Shown piece by piece: positions 63,408-64,000 of a stretch of DNA of 64,000 bases. Below the pieces are notes generated by a model, which was not told the DNA's origin, searched no databases, and saw only the letters and a list, made by a program, of their open reading frames with translations. The DNA comes from Vicugna vicugna (Eukaryota). The position numbers and the translations under genes are program-made. Within the stretch, counting starts at the first letter, position 1; each line of letters starts with the position of its first letter. The stretch is from the NCBI GenBank assembly GCA_013265495.1, contig MU058781.1, positions 11,575,009 through 11,639,008 on the forward strand. The letters are read 5' to 3'.

Positions 63408-63851
63408 TGTATTAATTTCCTGGAGTTGCTATAGCCAAGAACTGCAAACTGGGTGGCTTAAAACAACAGAAATTGTTTCTCTGACAGTTCTGGAGGCTGG
63501 AAATCTAAGATAAAGCTGTCAGCAGGACTGGTTCCTTCTGACGACTCTGAGGAGGATCTGTTCCATGTTTCTTCCCAGCTTCTGGTAACTCCCATCAACC
63601 CTTGGCTTACAGACGCATCATTCCAGTCTCTGCCTCTGTCTTCACCTGACATGCTCTTCCTGTGTCTCTGTGCCTTCTTATAAGGATACCACTTGTATTA
63701 GATTACAGGTCTATCCCATTCCAGTATGATCTCCTTTTAATTTAACTAATCACATTTATAAGAACCCTATTTTCAAAGACTGTCACAACCTGAGGTACTG
63801 TGTTAGGATTTCACTAAATGTTTTTAGGGAAACAAAATTCAACCCCTAACA
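63408..63851 (-). mobile_element. MaLR solo LTR (MLT1C-like)
   Basis: TG...CA termini with perfect 5-bp TSD GGTGG (63403-63407, 63852-63856). Confidence 0.9.
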
Positions 63852-64000
63852 GGTGGCCTTAGAGTTAATTTAATTAATGTACTGTTTCAATTCATTGCAG
63901 AATTTTCTCAGAGCAAAATCTAGGCTGCCCACGACAGGTTCTAGGAGGATTCACTCAGGAAAAGGGCTGGTGATGGAGAAGTGGTCTCATGAAAGTGGGA

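Noticed and set aside
1..64000. Window-wide enrichment of FOXO TGTTTAC or STAT GAS motifs; foreign DNA (NUMT, viral or bacterial insert); processed pseudogene
   Set aside because: Motif counts look close to chance for 64 kb. I saw no segment with foreign composition, coding-like structure or mRNA-like similarity, though a database search could find degraded ones.

Overview
Mammalian genomic DNA, very likely camelid (alpaca/llama/camel), judged from several tRNA-derived vic-1-type SINEs. I read it as the 5' part of RIPOR2 (FAM65B/C6orf32) on the minus strand, recognised from memory of the human isoform N-terminus and not confirmed by a search. A coding first exon (MQYLDPEELLMDEEDDIFSE-G, 42247-42187, phase-1 donor) lies about 25.5 kb from a CpG-island promoter with a probable non-coding first exon (donor at 16683). 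The shared downstream exons were not seen and should lie left of position 1. The rest is intronic or upstream DNA rich in L1, L2, MIR, MaLR/ERVL/ERV1 LTRs and hAT DNA transposons. Nearly all ORFs in the track look spurious. I found no evidence of a new multi-gene system. The most interesting signals are regulatory or mutational: a CpG-retaining putative ancient conserved element (about 27.4-28.0 kb, possibly MER121-like), a perfect DR5 RARE overlapping a RORE, a perfect DR3, a uORF ending exactly at the exon-1b donor, a candidate poison exon, a twice-used L1 insertion site, 3'-truncated L1 insertions and a template-switch scar. Repeat subfamily names are by-eye calls. Boundaries are approximate unless TSDs are quoted.
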